DNA from: Pseudomonadota bacterium
GTDB taxonomy: Bacteria > Pseudomonadota > Gammaproteobacteria > Burkholderiales > Burkholderiaceae_C
Direction: 5' to 3'
NCBI GenBank assembly: GCA_046046915.1
Contig: JBJOIT010000003.1
Coordinates: 1 to 32,000, forward strand
Length of the DNA: 32,000 nucleotides
Shown: positions 14,736 to 24,627 of the stretch, one piece after another
Numbering within the stretch: position 1 is the stretch's first letter
Layout of the letters: each line of letters opens with the position of its first letter
Position numbers and translations under genes: made by a program
Notes under the pieces: model-generated
Told to the model about the DNA's origin: nothing
Seen by the model: only the letters and a program-made list of their open reading frames with translations
Database searches by the model: none

Positions 14736-15551
14736 TTATAGCGTGGATTTTGAAGCTCTCTTCGGGGGCTTTGAGATTTCTTCCATCACAAAGCCGGCCG
14801 CACAGAAGCCAAATGTGGCTGTGACGCTAGCAAGCGAACCATAGCCATGGCAGTTCAGGGAGCCATCGCCATTGATCAGACAGGAGGCATCTGGCCCGGC
14901 CACCGCCTCACGACTAAACACGCAATGGACACCCATTTTTTTCCCGTCACGCGGAGCACCAAATTGCTTGCGAAGGCGGTAGCGCAACTGTGCAAGCAGC
15001 GGGTCGTGGGTGGTTTGAGCCAGATCATCAACATCGACCTTGTGGGCCAAACGTTTTCCGCCGGCCGCCCCCACGGTAACAAACAGGCGACCGCTAGACC
15101 TGGCCCACTGGGCCAGCCAGGTCTTGGCCTTGGGGTCATCGCACGCATCGATCACTGCATCCACCCCTGAAGGGAGTATGTGCGGCCAGTTATCAGACGT
15201 GACGAAATCATCCACACAGTGGACGTGGCACTGATCGTTGATTTCAGCAATCCGGTCGCGCATGGCCAAGACCTTGGCTTGCCCAACCGTGGACGAAAGC
15301 GCATGAATTTGGCGATTGATATTGGATTCACTGATGTGGTCCAGATCAATCAGGGTCAATGCTCCCACTCCACTGCGGGCTAGAGCCTCAACCGCCCAGG
15401 AGCCTACGCCACCTATGCCCACCACCGCGACGTGTGAGGCTCGTATATTTTCGGCACCCACCAAGCCGTAGAGGCGGTCCAGGCCGCTAAAGCGACGTTT
15501 GATGTCAGATGAAACCACTTCGCCGTTCAATCTGAGCGCTCCATGCGCCAC
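14736..15551 (-). CDS. tcdA: tRNA threonylcarbamoyladenosine dehydratase (TcdA/CsdL, ThiF family)
   Basis: RRFSGLDRLYG N-terminus and ThiF Rossmann motif VAVVGIGGVGSWAVEALARSGVGALTLIDLD...NINRQ. Start is uncertain (25-nt overlap with the upstream gene). Confidence 0.8.
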   Translation of the reverse strand: MAHGALRLNGEVVSSDIKRRFSGLDRLYGLVGAENIRASHVAVVGIGGVGSWAVEALARSGVGALTLIDLDHISESNINRQIHALSSTVGQAKVLAMRDRIAEINDQCHVHCVDDFVTSDNWPHILPSGVDAVIDACDDPKAKTWLAQWARSSGRLFVTVGAAGGKRLAHKVDVDDLAQTTHDPLLAQLRYRLRKQFGAPRDGKKMGVHCVFSREAVAGPDASCLINGDGSLNCHGYGSLASVTATFGFCAAGFVMEEISKPPKRASKSTL

Positions 15552-16642
15552 TGCTGGAGCCGAAGTGCAGCAATGGCACCCACAACGATCCCCGCCACGG
15601 CCAGGAAGCTGGTGATGGAAAGGGTGGATACACCGCTGATCCCCTGCCCAAAGGTACAGCCTCTGGCCGTGACCCCGCCAATACCCATCAAACAGGCGCC
15701 CAGCAAGTGAAGTGCCAAATCATCCACGCCACCGAAACCTTCCCAGCGAAAAGTACCGCCAGAGACAGCGGCGACGGCCGACCCAAACACCACTCCCACC
15801 ACAGACACTATGGCTGTGGTCAAAACCTTGTTTTGGTCACTGTAAAACGTCAACCAATCGATGGTGTTTGCTATGGGGCCGACAAAGGTCAGTGCCTCCA
15901 TCTTTCCCGAGGTTGTGCCGAGCACCGCTGCCTGCAGGGTGTCAGGATGTTCAGGAAGAAAGGCGAAATAGCCGGTCAACAACCACATGGCGCTTGCCAC
16001 CAAGCCCACGGCCAAACCAGGCAATAAATCCACGAACCGGGCTCCACCACGCTTGAAAAGAGACAGTGCCACCAAGCCACAGCCAAGCAGCAAACCGGTG
16101 TACGCCCCCGCTCTCGCTGAAGACAGGCCTATCGTTTGTTCCAGAAGGTAAGACACGCGAGCCGAGCTGGCCAGGTCCAGGGTGATGCGATCCACGGTGT
16201 TGACACGCAACACGGCCGTGAGCCCCTTCATGGTCATGGCTGCGCTGACAGCGATCACCAAGAAAACCACCAGTGCCTTGAGGTTGCCTGCGCCTACCCG
16301 AACCAATGTCTTGTTGCCGCAGCCCGATGCCAACACCATGCCCACGCCGAAAAGTACCCCGCCGACGAGCGCCGACAAGGGGTAGATCAGATTGGATTCA
16401 TAGACCGTCAGACTAGGGTCTATCAGGCCCAATGCACTCATGCTAGCGAAGGCGATGGTGGTGACGCCCGCCGCCATCACCCACTGACGCAGACGTGACC
16501 AATCTCCAAAGTTGTAGGCATCTGCCAGCGCGCCCATGGTGCAAAAGTGGGTTTTTTGGGACACCCACCCCAGCACACTAGACAAGAAAAACGCCCAGAC
16601 TAGCACCTGGGTCGTTAACGCAGAAACATCGATCAAGGGCAT
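15527..16642 (-). CDS. YeeE/YedE-family membrane protein (sulfur-compound transport)
   Basis: Track ORF 15527..16768 trimmed to ATG 16642, downstream of the cpoB stop. Polytopic, with the two family Cys motifs (LASGCGNKTLVR and TARGCTFGQG). Confidence 0.75.
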   Translation of the reverse strand: MPLIDVSALTTQVLVWAFFLSSVLGWVSQKTHFCTMGALADAYNFGDWSRLRQWVMAAGVTTIAFASMSALGLIDPSLTVYESNLIYPLSALVGGVLFGVGMVLASGCGNKTLVRVGAGNLKALVVFLVIAVSAAMTMKGLTAVLRVNTVDRITLDLASSARVSYLLEQTIGLSSARAGAYTGLLLGCGLVALSLFKRGGARFVDLLPGLAVGLVASAMWLLTGYFAFLPEHPDTLQAAVLGTTSGKMEALTFVGPIANTIDWLTFYSDQNKVLTTAIVSVVGVVFGSAVAAVSGGTFRWEGFGGVDDLALHLLGACLMGIGGVTARGCTFGQGISGVSTLSITSFLAVAGIVVGAIAALRLQQWRMERSD

Positions 16643-16667
16643 GCGCGGACGGGACTCGCTCAAACCT

Positions 16668-17474
16668 TTATTTGAGACGAGCGAGCCGCTCACGAGCGGC
16701 AGCTGCAGCCTCCGACTGCGGATAGGCTTTGACCAAGTCTTCGAGCGTCTTTTTGGCGCCTTTGGCATCTTTCAGCTCGAGCTGGCAGTTGGCCACCGAC
16801 AAAACCGCCTCGGGTGCCCGAATGTGGTCGGGTGACTGCGCCAGCAAGGCTCGGAAATTGATGATGGCTTCTTTGTAATCGCGGGTGGCGTATTGCGCAT
16901 TACCCAGCCAGAACAAGGAGGCTGCCTTGTAGCCCGATTGCGGATATCGCCGCAGTACATCCACAAACGCTAGCTGGGCCGCGTTGAAATCACCCTTACG
17001 GAAAAGTGCAAGTGCGGACTCAAAGTCGCGCTTTTCTTGGGGCTCTGCCAAAAACTCAGCGCCATCTATGGTGACCTTGAGCGGCTCCAGCTTGCGCAGT
17101 CGGTCTTCCAGCAGCTCAGCCTTGTCCTTGGACGTACGCTGCAGCTCGGCCACGTCACGTGCAAGCTGCTCGCCCTGACCGCGCAGGCGCGCAACGTCTG
17201 CCTTCATGGCCTCAATCTGACCTTGCAGATCTATCAGGCTACGACGTAGTTGGGTGGCCTCCTCGGTGGATTGCTCCTTAGCCTGCTGCACCGCTTGGGT
17301 GGTGCGTTGCTCCGCCTCCTGGCGCACGGTCTCAACCCGCTGGCGCAGTTCCAGAATAGCCCGTCGGGCTTCTTCGTCCTCAAAAAGCGCGGACTGGGCA
17401 GGCATGCAGACGAACGCCGCTAGCGCTAAAAACAGCGGGCTGACCGCAGCCCTCATGACCGGTCGGGTGGCCAT
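16668..17474 (-). CDS. cpoB: Tol-Pal system protein CpoB/YbgF
   Basis: Signal peptide, Q/E/R-rich coiled coil, C-terminal TPR-like repeats (YKAASLFWLGNAQYATRDYKEAIINF...). Positioned after pal. Confidence 0.85.
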   Translation of the reverse strand: MATRPVMRAAVSPLFLALAAFVCMPAQSALFEDEEARRAILELRQRVETVRQEAEQRTTQAVQQAKEQSTEEATQLRRSLIDLQGQIEAMKADVARLRGQGEQLARDVAELQRTSKDKAELLEDRLRKLEPLKVTIDGAEFLAEPQEKRDFESALALFRKGDFNAAQLAFVDVLRRYPQSGYKAASLFWLGNAQYATRDYKEAIINFRALLAQSPDHIRAPEAVLSVANCQLELKDAKGAKKTLEDLVKAYPQSEAAAAARERLARLK

Positions 17475-17480
17475 CGCTGC

Positions 17481-18023
17481 TTAACGGTAGCTGAATTCGG
17501 CGCGGCGATTCTTGGCCATGGCGCTTTCATCGCCACCGGTTGCCGCCAGCTTCTCTTTGCCAAAACTCACAGCTTCCACCTGTGCGTCAGAAACGCCCAG
17601 CAATGCCAATGCACGGCGCACCGCCTCAGCGCGCTTTTGTCCCAGCGCCAGGTTGTACTCGCGGCCACCGCGCTCATCAGTATGGCCCTCAATCGCCACC
17701 TTACGTGACTTATTCGTCATCAGGAAGCGAGCCTGAGCTTCCAGGACCTTCTGAAATTCGGGCTTGACCACAAAGCTGTCATAGTCAAAGTAAACCACGC
17801 GCTGTGACATGGCGGCAGCTTCGTCGCGGGCCTTGCTCAAGTCCACGGAGGCAACAGCACTCTTACTCACGCCAGATGCATCGCCACCAGCAGTGCCTGC
17901 AAGGTCTTTGGCAGCAACCGAGGCACCGGATTTATCTTCTACCGGCACCTCATCGAGCTTGACTGCAGAACTGCAACCGGCCAGAACCGCAACCAAACCT
18001 AACGCTGCTATCAATCGACTCAT
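17481..18023 (-). CDS. pal: Peptidoglycan-associated lipoprotein Pal
   Basis: Start at ATG 18023 behind AGGAGA. Lipobox LAGCSS. OmpA-like domain VYFDYDSFVV...VAIEGHTDERGGREYNLALGQKRAEAV. Confidence 0.9.
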   Translation of the reverse strand: MSRLIAALGLVAVLAGCSSAVKLDEVPVEDKSGASVAAKDLAGTAGGDASGVSKSAVASVDLSKARDEAAAMSQRVVYFDYDSFVVKPEFQKVLEAQARFLMTNKSRKVAIEGHTDERGGREYNLALGQKRAEAVRRALALLGVSDAQVEAVSFGKEKLAATGGDESAMAKNRRAEFSYR

Positions 18024-18043
18024 CTCTATCTCCTGTAAAAAAT

Positions 18044-19330
18044 TCATTGCTGCTGAAAAGGGCCCCAGTCGGGCTCACGAAGGTCGCCGCCATGCCCAGC
18101 GAGCCTAGCCTTCAGTTTGCCGTCCAGGGTGGTGGTCATGAGAGCCTCCCGACCTTGCACCTGGGTGGCGTACATCAACAAACGGCTGTTGGGCGAGAAG
18201 CTTGGGCTCTCGTCGGCTTGGGTATCTGTCAGTGCTTGCACTTGGCTGGTCGACAAGTCCATCACATGAAGCTTGAAGGCTCCTGAAACCCGCGAAATGT
18301 AAGCCAGCCAACGTCCATCGGGGCTGACGGCAGGGGAAATGTTGTAACTGCCCGTAAAGGTGACGCGATCAGCACTGCCACCTGAAACCGATGTCTTATA
18401 AATTTGCGGAGCACCTCCACGGTCGCTGACGAAATAAATCGTCTTGCCGTCAGGAGCAAACACGGGCTCGGTATCAATCGCACCTGATTGCGTTAGCCGA
18501 CGGGGCTCACCCCCAGTGGCTTCCATCACATACAGCTGAGAGCCTTGGTCCTTGCTCAGGGTCAAGGCCAGTAGTTTGCCATCTGGCGACCAGGCCGGCG
18601 CACTGTTTGAGCCTTTGAAGTTGGCTACAAGCCGACGCTTGCCGCTGGAGATCTCGTGCACATAGACCACCGGTTTGCGGGACTCAAAGGACACATAAGC
18701 CAACTGACCACCACTGGGCGACCAAGCAGGCGAGATGATGGGCTCGGAACTCGCCAAGGCAGACTGCGCGTTTTCACCGTCAGAGTCGGCCACCCACAGG
18801 TTGTATTTTTGCGCTGACTTGGTGACGTAGGCAATGCGTGTGGAGAACACGCCCTTGTCACCGGTGAGCTTTTCATAGACTTGGTCTGCAATACGGTGCG
18901 CTACCAGGCGCAAATCGCCTGCAGGTACCGCAAAGCTTTGGGCACCCAAGTCCTGCCCGCGAACCACGTCCCACAGGCGGTAACGAACATCAAACCGGCC
19001 ATCAGCCAGGCGCGTCACACTGCCGGTCAACAAAGAATCGGCGCCTTTCTGGCGCCAAGGCGACACATCCGGCCGAGAGGTTTCGTCCAGCTGCGCGCCG
19101 GTAAGCGTCAGGCCCCGGAACTGGCCACTGCGCTCCAGATCAGCCTGAACAATGGCAGAGATTTTCTGGGGGGCAGCATCCTCACCACGAAATGCGGGCA
19201 GGCCTATCGGCTGCTGGGTCATGCCCACGCCCGAGACTTCAACCCGAAATTGGGCCTGAGCGGCCAGACTCAGGGTCCAACAAAAAACAGCGATCAAGCC
19301 ATGAAAAATAGAGGAACGACGAAGCATCAT
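18044..19330 (-). CDS. tolB: Tol-Pal system beta-propeller protein TolB
   Basis: Signal peptide, then repeated PAWSPDG / PAVSPDGRWLAY / PSFSPNSRLL propeller motifs. 428 aa. Precedes pal. Confidence 0.9.
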   Translation of the reverse strand: MMLRRSSIFHGLIAVFCWTLSLAAQAQFRVEVSGVGMTQQPIGLPAFRGEDAAPQKISAIVQADLERSGQFRGLTLTGAQLDETSRPDVSPWRQKGADSLLTGSVTRLADGRFDVRYRLWDVVRGQDLGAQSFAVPAGDLRLVAHRIADQVYEKLTGDKGVFSTRIAYVTKSAQKYNLWVADSDGENAQSALASSEPIISPAWSPSGGQLAYVSFESRKPVVYVHEISSGKRRLVANFKGSNSAPAWSPDGKLLALTLSKDQGSQLYVMEATGGEPRRLTQSGAIDTEPVFAPDGKTIYFVSDRGGAPQIYKTSVSGGSADRVTFTGSYNISPAVSPDGRWLAYISRVSGAFKLHVMDLSTSQVQALTDTQADESPSFSPNSRLLMYATQVQGREALMTTTLDGKLKARLAGHGGDLREPDWGPFQQQ

Positions 19331-19474
19331 GGTGTGAATGTAGACAGCTCAAAGGGGTCTGGGCGACGGTCATAGTCCCGAGGCAGGCCGCAATGGTACA
19401 CACCCAAGATGAAGGCGCGCGCACCACTGCTGACATTGGGGCGCGAATGTTTCTCTTTTGCAGGATTTTTGGCA

Positions 19475-21232
19475 TCAGGCGCCATCAGAACCTACTTTGT
19501 TGCCAGGAAACACGCCAATTCTGTAGAGCTGGGCGTAGGCGCCTTGGGCCGCAATTAAGGCCTCGTGCGTCCCGTGCTCCACGATACGGCCTGCCTCCAT
19601 CACCACGATGCGATGGGCATGTTGAATCGTGGACAGGCGATGGGCTATGACCAAGGTGGTGCGGTTTTGCATGAGCCGCAGCAGAGCCTCCTGCACAGAT
19701 CGCTCGGACTCAGCGTCCAAGGCAGAGGTGGCTTCATCCAGGATCAGGATGGGCGCGTCCTTGTAAAGTGCTCTGGCGATGGCTAGGCGCTGACGCTGCC
19801 CCCCCGACAACTGCATGGCGTTGTGCCCCACCAGGGTGTCGATGCCGTTTGCCAAGTCGGTGATGAGATTCCCTAGATTGGCGGAGTGCAAGCAGGCGAT
19901 CACCTTGGCCCGGTCCGGTACCTGGCCCAGCGCCACATTGGCAGCAATGGTGTCGTTCAGCATCAAGACATGCTGGCTGACCACCGCAAACTGGGCCCTC
20001 AATGACCCAAGATCCCAGTCCGCCAAAGCCTGGCCGTCCAGCTGAATATTGCCCTGCGTCACTTCGACAAACCTCGGTAAAAGGTTAACCAGCGTGGTCT
20101 TGCCAGAGCCCGATGTGCCGACCAAAGCCACGGTTTCGCCAGGCTGAACCTCAAGAGAAAAATCAGTGATCGCCGGCGCCCCGGCGGTGGCGTAGGTCAC
20201 TCCCACCTGGTTAAAGCGCAAATGCCCCTTGACCCGCGAGCTTGAGAAAGTACCGCTGGCCTCACTGGGGGTTTGTTCCATCAGGTCCAGACCTCGCTCC
20301 AGCGCCGCCAGACCTCGGGTTAGCGGACTGGCTACCTCTGACAAATGCTTGATCGGCGCAATCAGCATCAGCATGGCGGTCACGAAGGCGGCAAAACTGC
20401 CCACCGATGCTGTTTGGCCAGCACTCTGGACCAGCGCGACGGATATCACCGCAGACAAGGCAACCGCTGCTAAGACCTGGGTCAGCGGGGTCATGGCCGC
20501 ACCTGCTGCGGTGGACTTCATCGACAAGCGGCGCAAGGACTCACCCAGGACGTTAAAGCGCTTCGCCTGGTCTTGCTGGGCGGCATAAAGGCGCACATCC
20601 CGGTGCGCCAGCACGTTTTCTTCCACAACGTAGGCAAGACGATCGGTGGCGTTTTGGCTGTCCTTGGTCAAGCGATACAGACGGCGAGACAAAGTGCGCA
20701 TCACCCAAGCCACAGCGGGGAACAAGCAGGCCACGATCAACGTGAGCTTCCAATTCAGATACATGAGATAGCTCAGCAATGCCATCAGGGTGAGTCCATC
20801 GCGTGTGAGCGTCATAAAGGCGTTCACCAACAAGGTGGCTCCCGTCTGAACCTCAAACACCACAGTGTTGGCAATCGCGCTGGATGATTGCTCGGCAAAC
20901 AGGCTCATGCGGGCATCCAGCAGCCGCTCGAACATGCGCTGACGCAAGGTGTAAAGACCCGTGTTGGTGATTTTGGCCAGTGCTAGCTGCGCCACAAAGC
21001 CCGCAAGGCCGCGCACGCCAAACAGGGAAATCAGCGCAACTGGCACCAGCCAGATTTGCAAAGCCCCTTGTTGAAAGCCTTTGTCCAGCAAGGGTTGCAA
21101 CAGGGCGGGGATCAGTGGCTCGGTCAGAGACATCAAGGCCATAGCGCAAAACGCCACGACCCAGGCAAACCTGGGTCGGCCAAAGTACGGCCCCAGGCGA
21201 CGTAGCCGATCCTTCAAGCGAGGCAAGGTCAT
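19475..21232 (-). CDS. msbA: ABC exporter, fused permease/ATPase (MsbA-like lipid A flippase)
   Basis: Six-TM exporter domain plus Walker A GTSGSGKTT, signature LSGGQRQRLAIARA and Walker B ILILDEATSALD. ATG 21232 is preferred over TTG 21244. Confidence 0.7.
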   Translation of the reverse strand: MTLPRLKDRLRRLGPYFGRPRFAWVVAFCAMALMSLTEPLIPALLQPLLDKGFQQGALQIWLVPVALISLFGVRGLAGFVAQLALAKITNTGLYTLRQRMFERLLDARMSLFAEQSSSAIANTVVFEVQTGATLLVNAFMTLTRDGLTLMALLSYLMYLNWKLTLIVACLFPAVAWVMRTLSRRLYRLTKDSQNATDRLAYVVEENVLAHRDVRLYAAQQDQAKRFNVLGESLRRLSMKSTAAGAAMTPLTQVLAAVALSAVISVALVQSAGQTASVGSFAAFVTAMLMLIAPIKHLSEVASPLTRGLAALERGLDLMEQTPSEASGTFSSSRVKGHLRFNQVGVTYATAGAPAITDFSLEVQPGETVALVGTSGSGKTTLVNLLPRFVEVTQGNIQLDGQALADWDLGSLRAQFAVVSQHVLMLNDTIAANVALGQVPDRAKVIACLHSANLGNLITDLANGIDTLVGHNAMQLSGGQRQRLAIARALYKDAPILILDEATSALDAESERSVQEALLRLMQNRTTLVIAHRLSTIQHAHRIVVMEAGRIVEHGTHEALIAAQGAYAQLYRIGVFPGNKVGSDGA

Positions 21233-21247
21233 GTCAGCGCGCAATCC

Positions 21248-22723
21248 CTAAATCAGCACGATGTCGTACTGTTCTTGCCCCATGGCAGCCTCGCTCTGCA
21301 GCGACACAGGCTTGCCTATGAACTCGCTCAGACCCGCCAGATGCTGGCTTTCCTCATCCAGAAAGAGCTCAATCACTTTGGGAGAAGCCACCACCCGAAA
21401 CTCTCGTGGATTGAACTGGCGCGCCTCCCGCAGAATTTCACGCATGATGTCGTAGGCAACGCTGCGCGAGGTCTTGACATTGCCTTTACCCAGGCAAGTC
21501 GGGCAAGGCTCGCACAACATGTGGGCCAAAGACTCACGCGTGCGCTTGCGCGTCATTTCCACCAACCCAAGCTGCGAAAAACTGCCAGCCATGGTCTTGA
21601 CCCGATCACGACGCAGCTGTTTCTTGAACTCACCCAACACTTCCTCACGGTGGTCTTCGCGGGTCATATCGATGAAATCCACAATGATGATGCCCCCCAG
21701 GTTGCGTAAGCGCAGTTGTCGAGCTATGGACTGCGCGGCTTCCAGGTTGGTCTTGAATATGGTGTCATCAAAATTGCGGGCGCCCACAAAGCCGCCCGTA
21801 TTGACGTCGATGGTGGTCAGTGCTTCAGTCTGATCCACGATAAGGTAGCCGCCAGACTTCAACTCCACCCGCCGGCCCAGGGCCTTGGCAATTTCCTCGT
21901 CGATGGCATACAGGTCAAAAATAGGCCGTTCACCCTTGTAGTGCTGCAACTTATCGGCAGCTGCCGGCATGAATTCGCGACCAAATGCCTTGAGCGCCTC
22001 AAACTGTTCTCGCGAATCCACACGTATGGTTTGCGTGTTTTCGCTCACCAGATCCCGCAGCACGCGCTGCAACAAGCTCAAATCCTGGTGCAGCAGGGAG
22101 GTGGGGGGCAAGCGCAAGGAGGCGTCCTTGATGCGAGCCCAAGCCTTGCGCAGATAGGAAATATCGTCCTCCAGCTCCTGGTCAGACGCATCTTCGCCAT
22201 TGGTACGCAAGATGAACCCGCCGCTTTTGGGGCCAGTAAGCGCCTGCAGTCGGGCCCTGAGTTCGTCTCTCTGAGCCAGGGGGATTTTTTGCGACACGCC
22301 GACATGGTCGTCCTGTGGCAAAAACACCAGCATGCGTCCTGCAATGCTGACCTGCGTGGACAGGCGTGCACCTTTGGTACCGATCGGGTCCTTGATCACC
22401 TGCACCATCAGTGCCTGGCCCTCAAACACCTGCTTCTCGATGGGCACCTGGGGCTGGGTGTTGCGCGCTGTGGTCAGATTTTCACCCTCAGCGGGCGGAT
22501 GCCAAACATCCGCCACATGTAAAAAGGCTGCGCGCTCTAGCCCGATATCAATAAACGCCGATTGCATGCCGGGCAACACGCGCACCACCTTGCCCAGGTA
22601 GATGTTGCCCACCAGGCCGCGCTCGAGCGTGCGCTCGACGTGCAACTCTTGCAAAGCGCCGTTTTCCACCAGCGCGACCCGGGTTTCCTGGGGCGACCAG
22701 TTGATCAAGATGTCGTCTTGCAT
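21248..22723 (-). CDS. rng: Ribonuclease G
   Basis: S1 domain (GNIYLGKVVRVLPGMQSAFIDIG) plus an RNase E/G catalytic core (GGIIIVDFIDM). 491 aa, with no RNase E scaffold tail. Confidence 0.9.
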   Translation of the reverse strand: MQDDILINWSPQETRVALVENGALQELHVERTLERGLVGNIYLGKVVRVLPGMQSAFIDIGLERAAFLHVADVWHPPAEGENLTTARNTQPQVPIEKQVFEGQALMVQVIKDPIGTKGARLSTQVSIAGRMLVFLPQDDHVGVSQKIPLAQRDELRARLQALTGPKSGGFILRTNGEDASDQELEDDISYLRKAWARIKDASLRLPPTSLLHQDLSLLQRVLRDLVSENTQTIRVDSREQFEALKAFGREFMPAAADKLQHYKGERPIFDLYAIDEEIAKALGRRVELKSGGYLIVDQTEALTTIDVNTGGFVGARNFDDTIFKTNLEAAQSIARQLRLRNLGGIIIVDFIDMTREDHREEVLGEFKKQLRRDRVKTMAGSFSQLGLVEMTRKRTRESLAHMLCEPCPTCLGKGNVKTSRSVAYDIMREILREARQFNPREFRVVASPKVIELFLDEESQHLAGLSEFIGKPVSLQSEAAMGQEQYDIVLI

Positions 22724-22756
22724 GTGTGTAGCTCGTGATGGAATCGACGCAGAAAA

Positions 22757-23383
22757 TCAGACACGCCAGCCCAGGGCGCGCAGCAATTGTGCCGTCTCGA
22801 ACACGGGCAGGCCCATGATGCCGCTGTAGCTGCCACTGATCCTGGCAATGTGCCGGGCAGCCAGGCCCTGCACCGCGTAGGCACCCGCCTTGCCCATGGG
22901 CTCACCGCTTTCGACATATGCCTCCATCTGAGCTGGGGTCAGAGTCTCGAAGGTCACTCGGGACACACTGAGCGTCTGCACACGCTGTTCTGCGCCCCCT
23001 TTTGACGAGGGCTCCGGAGACGAGATCGCCACTGCCGTCAACACCCGGTGGGTCTGGCCAGAAAGCAGCCCGAGCATGCGCCGCGCATCGGCAGCGTCTT
23101 GCGGCTTGCCCAAAATCGCGCGACCCAATGCCACAGTGGTGTCCGAACAAACCACTGGCGCGGGCAGCCAGCCACGGCGCTGCAGGCGAGCCAAAGCTGC
23201 ATCGAGTTTGAGCTGGGTCACACGTCGCACGTAGGCGCTGGGGCTTTCGCCGGCCAACACGGCTTCGATGGACTCTGCATCTTCATCTGCATCGGGCAGC
23301 AGCAGCTCGTGACGCACGCCCATTTGCTCCAGCAGCTGCCGCCGGCGGGGACTCTGCGAAGCCAGGTAAACGAAGTCAGGCAT
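22757..23383 (-). CDS. maf: Maf-like nucleoside triphosphate pyrophosphatase
   Basis: LASQSPRRRQLLEQMG ... GKAGAYAVQG motifs. GTG 23392 (GTGA overlap with the rlmH stop) is an alternative start. Confidence 0.85.
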   Translation of the reverse strand: MPDFVYLASQSPRRRQLLEQMGVRHELLLPDADEDAESIEAVLAGESPSAYVRRVTQLKLDAALARLQRRGWLPAPVVCSDTTVALGRAILGKPQDAADARRMLGLLSGQTHRVLTAVAISSPEPSSKGGAEQRVQTLSVSRVTFETLTPAQMEAYVESGEPMGKAGAYAVQGLAARHIARISGSYSGIMGLPVFETAQLLRALGWRV

Positions 23384-23388
23384 GGAGA

Positions 23389-23856
23389 TCACTCGCGGTG
23401 ATAGGGGTGGTTGGCGTTCACAGACCAGGCCCGATAGAGCTGTTCAATCAGGAGCACGCGTGCAAAGGCATGGGGCAGCGTCAGGTCCGACAAACGAATG
23501 CGTTCGTGAGCCGCCTGGCGGAAGGCTGGATCCAGGCCGTCTGGCCCGCCGATGACCAAGGCCACATCATCGCCGCCCAGCTGCCAGGATTTGAGCTTGT
23601 CGGCCAGTGCAAGGGTGGTGACATTGGTGCCACGCTCATCCAGCACCACAATGCGACTGCCTTTGGGTATGGCCGCCTCAATGCGCGAGCGCTCTGCAGC
23701 GTACAGGGTCTCCAGCGTCTTGGAGCCACGGGGCTCTGTCTTGACGGCTTTGAGCTCAACCTTCAGTTCGTGCGGAAAGCGCTTGGCGTAGTCATCCCAA
23801 GCGGCCTGGGCCCAGTCTGGCACCCGCTGGCCCACGGCCACGATCAACAGCTTCAC
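23389..23856 (-). CDS. rlmH: 23S rRNA (pseudouridine1915-N3)-methyltransferase RlmH
   Basis: 155-aa SPOUT protein with the typical [10 protein letters not shown]-terminus and ...[30 protein letters not shown]-terminus. Conserved rsfS-rlmH synteny. Confidence 0.9.
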   Translation of the reverse strand: MKLLIVAVGQRVPDWAQAAWDDYAKRFPHELKVELKAVKTEPRGSKTLETLYAAERSRIEAAIPKGSRIVVLDERGTNVTTLALADKLKSWQLGGDDVALVIGGPDGLDPAFRQAAHERIRLSDLTLPHAFARVLLIEQLYRAWSVNANHPYHRE

Positions 23857-23886
23857 GGCGACCGAGCTAGAAAGCGGACCTCAGTC

Positions 23887-24627
23887 TCAGGCTTTAGGGG
23901 CAGCTTTTTTGGCAGGCGTCTTACGAGCGGGCGCTTTTTTTGCGGGGGCCTTTGCTGGCACCTTGGCAGCGACAGACTTGGCCGGCGTTTTCTTGGCAAC
24001 CTTGACCACTACCTTGGTAGCTTCGGGTGCCGCGACCTTTTTTGCTGGTGCTTTTTTGGCAACCGTCTTTTTGGCGGCGGTCTTCACTCCAGCGGCTTTG
24101 GCCGCAGCTGCTTTTTCCTGGGCCTTGGAGGGGAAAGCTTCCGTCACACCCTTTTTGGCGGCGCTGGAGCGACGCAAGCTGGCAGGCTGCTCACCAGCTT
24201 TGGCCTTGGCAGTTTTGGCAGGCGCCGGTGCTGCAACTTCCTTTACGGCAGGCTTGGCAGCACCCAGTTTCAGACGCACTGGCTTTTCACCCCACAACTC
24301 TTCGAGGTTGTAATACTGGCGAAAACTGGGTTGCATCACATGTACCACCGCCTGGCCGCAATCCACAATGATCCACTCCCCATTGGCCTGACCTTCCATG
24401 CGGGGCTTGGAAAAACCAGCCTCACGAACGGCGTCCATGACGCTAGATGCCAGTGCCTTGGTCTGGCGATTAGAGGTGCCCGACGCAATGATGACCCGCT
24501 CAAACAGGGCCGACAGCTTCTCGGTGTCGAACACCTGGATGTCCTGAGCCTTCACATCTTCAAGACCGTCCACAATGGCGCGCTGGAGTTTTTGGATGTT
24601 GCCCTTGGCAGGTGTGGAATTAGTCAT
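23887..24627 (-). CDS. rsfS: Ribosome silencing factor RsfS with an Ala/Lys/Pro-rich C-terminal extension of about 125 aa
   Basis: Residues 1 to about 120 match the RsfS core (VKAQDIQVFDT...ERVIIASGTSNRQTKALASSV...WIIVDCGQAVVHVMQP..RQYYNLEELW). They are followed by AKKxxAKK-type repeats to residue 246. Confidence 0.85.
   Translation of the reverse strand: MTNSTPAKGNIQKLQRAIVDGLEDVKAQDIQVFDTEKLSALFERVIIASGTSNRQTKALASSVMDAVREAGFSKPRMEGQANGEWIIVDCGQAVVHVMQPSFRQYYNLEELWGEKPVRLKLGAAKPAVKEVAAPAPAKTAKAKAGEQPASLRRSSAAKKGVTEAFPSKAQEKAAAAKAAGVKTAAKKTVAKKAPAKKVAAPEATKVVVKVAKKTPAKSVAAKVPAKAPAKKAPARKTPAKKAAPKA

Noticed and set aside
21716-22522. 268-aa plus-strand ORF
   Set aside because: It lies antisense to rng and is a shadow frame.
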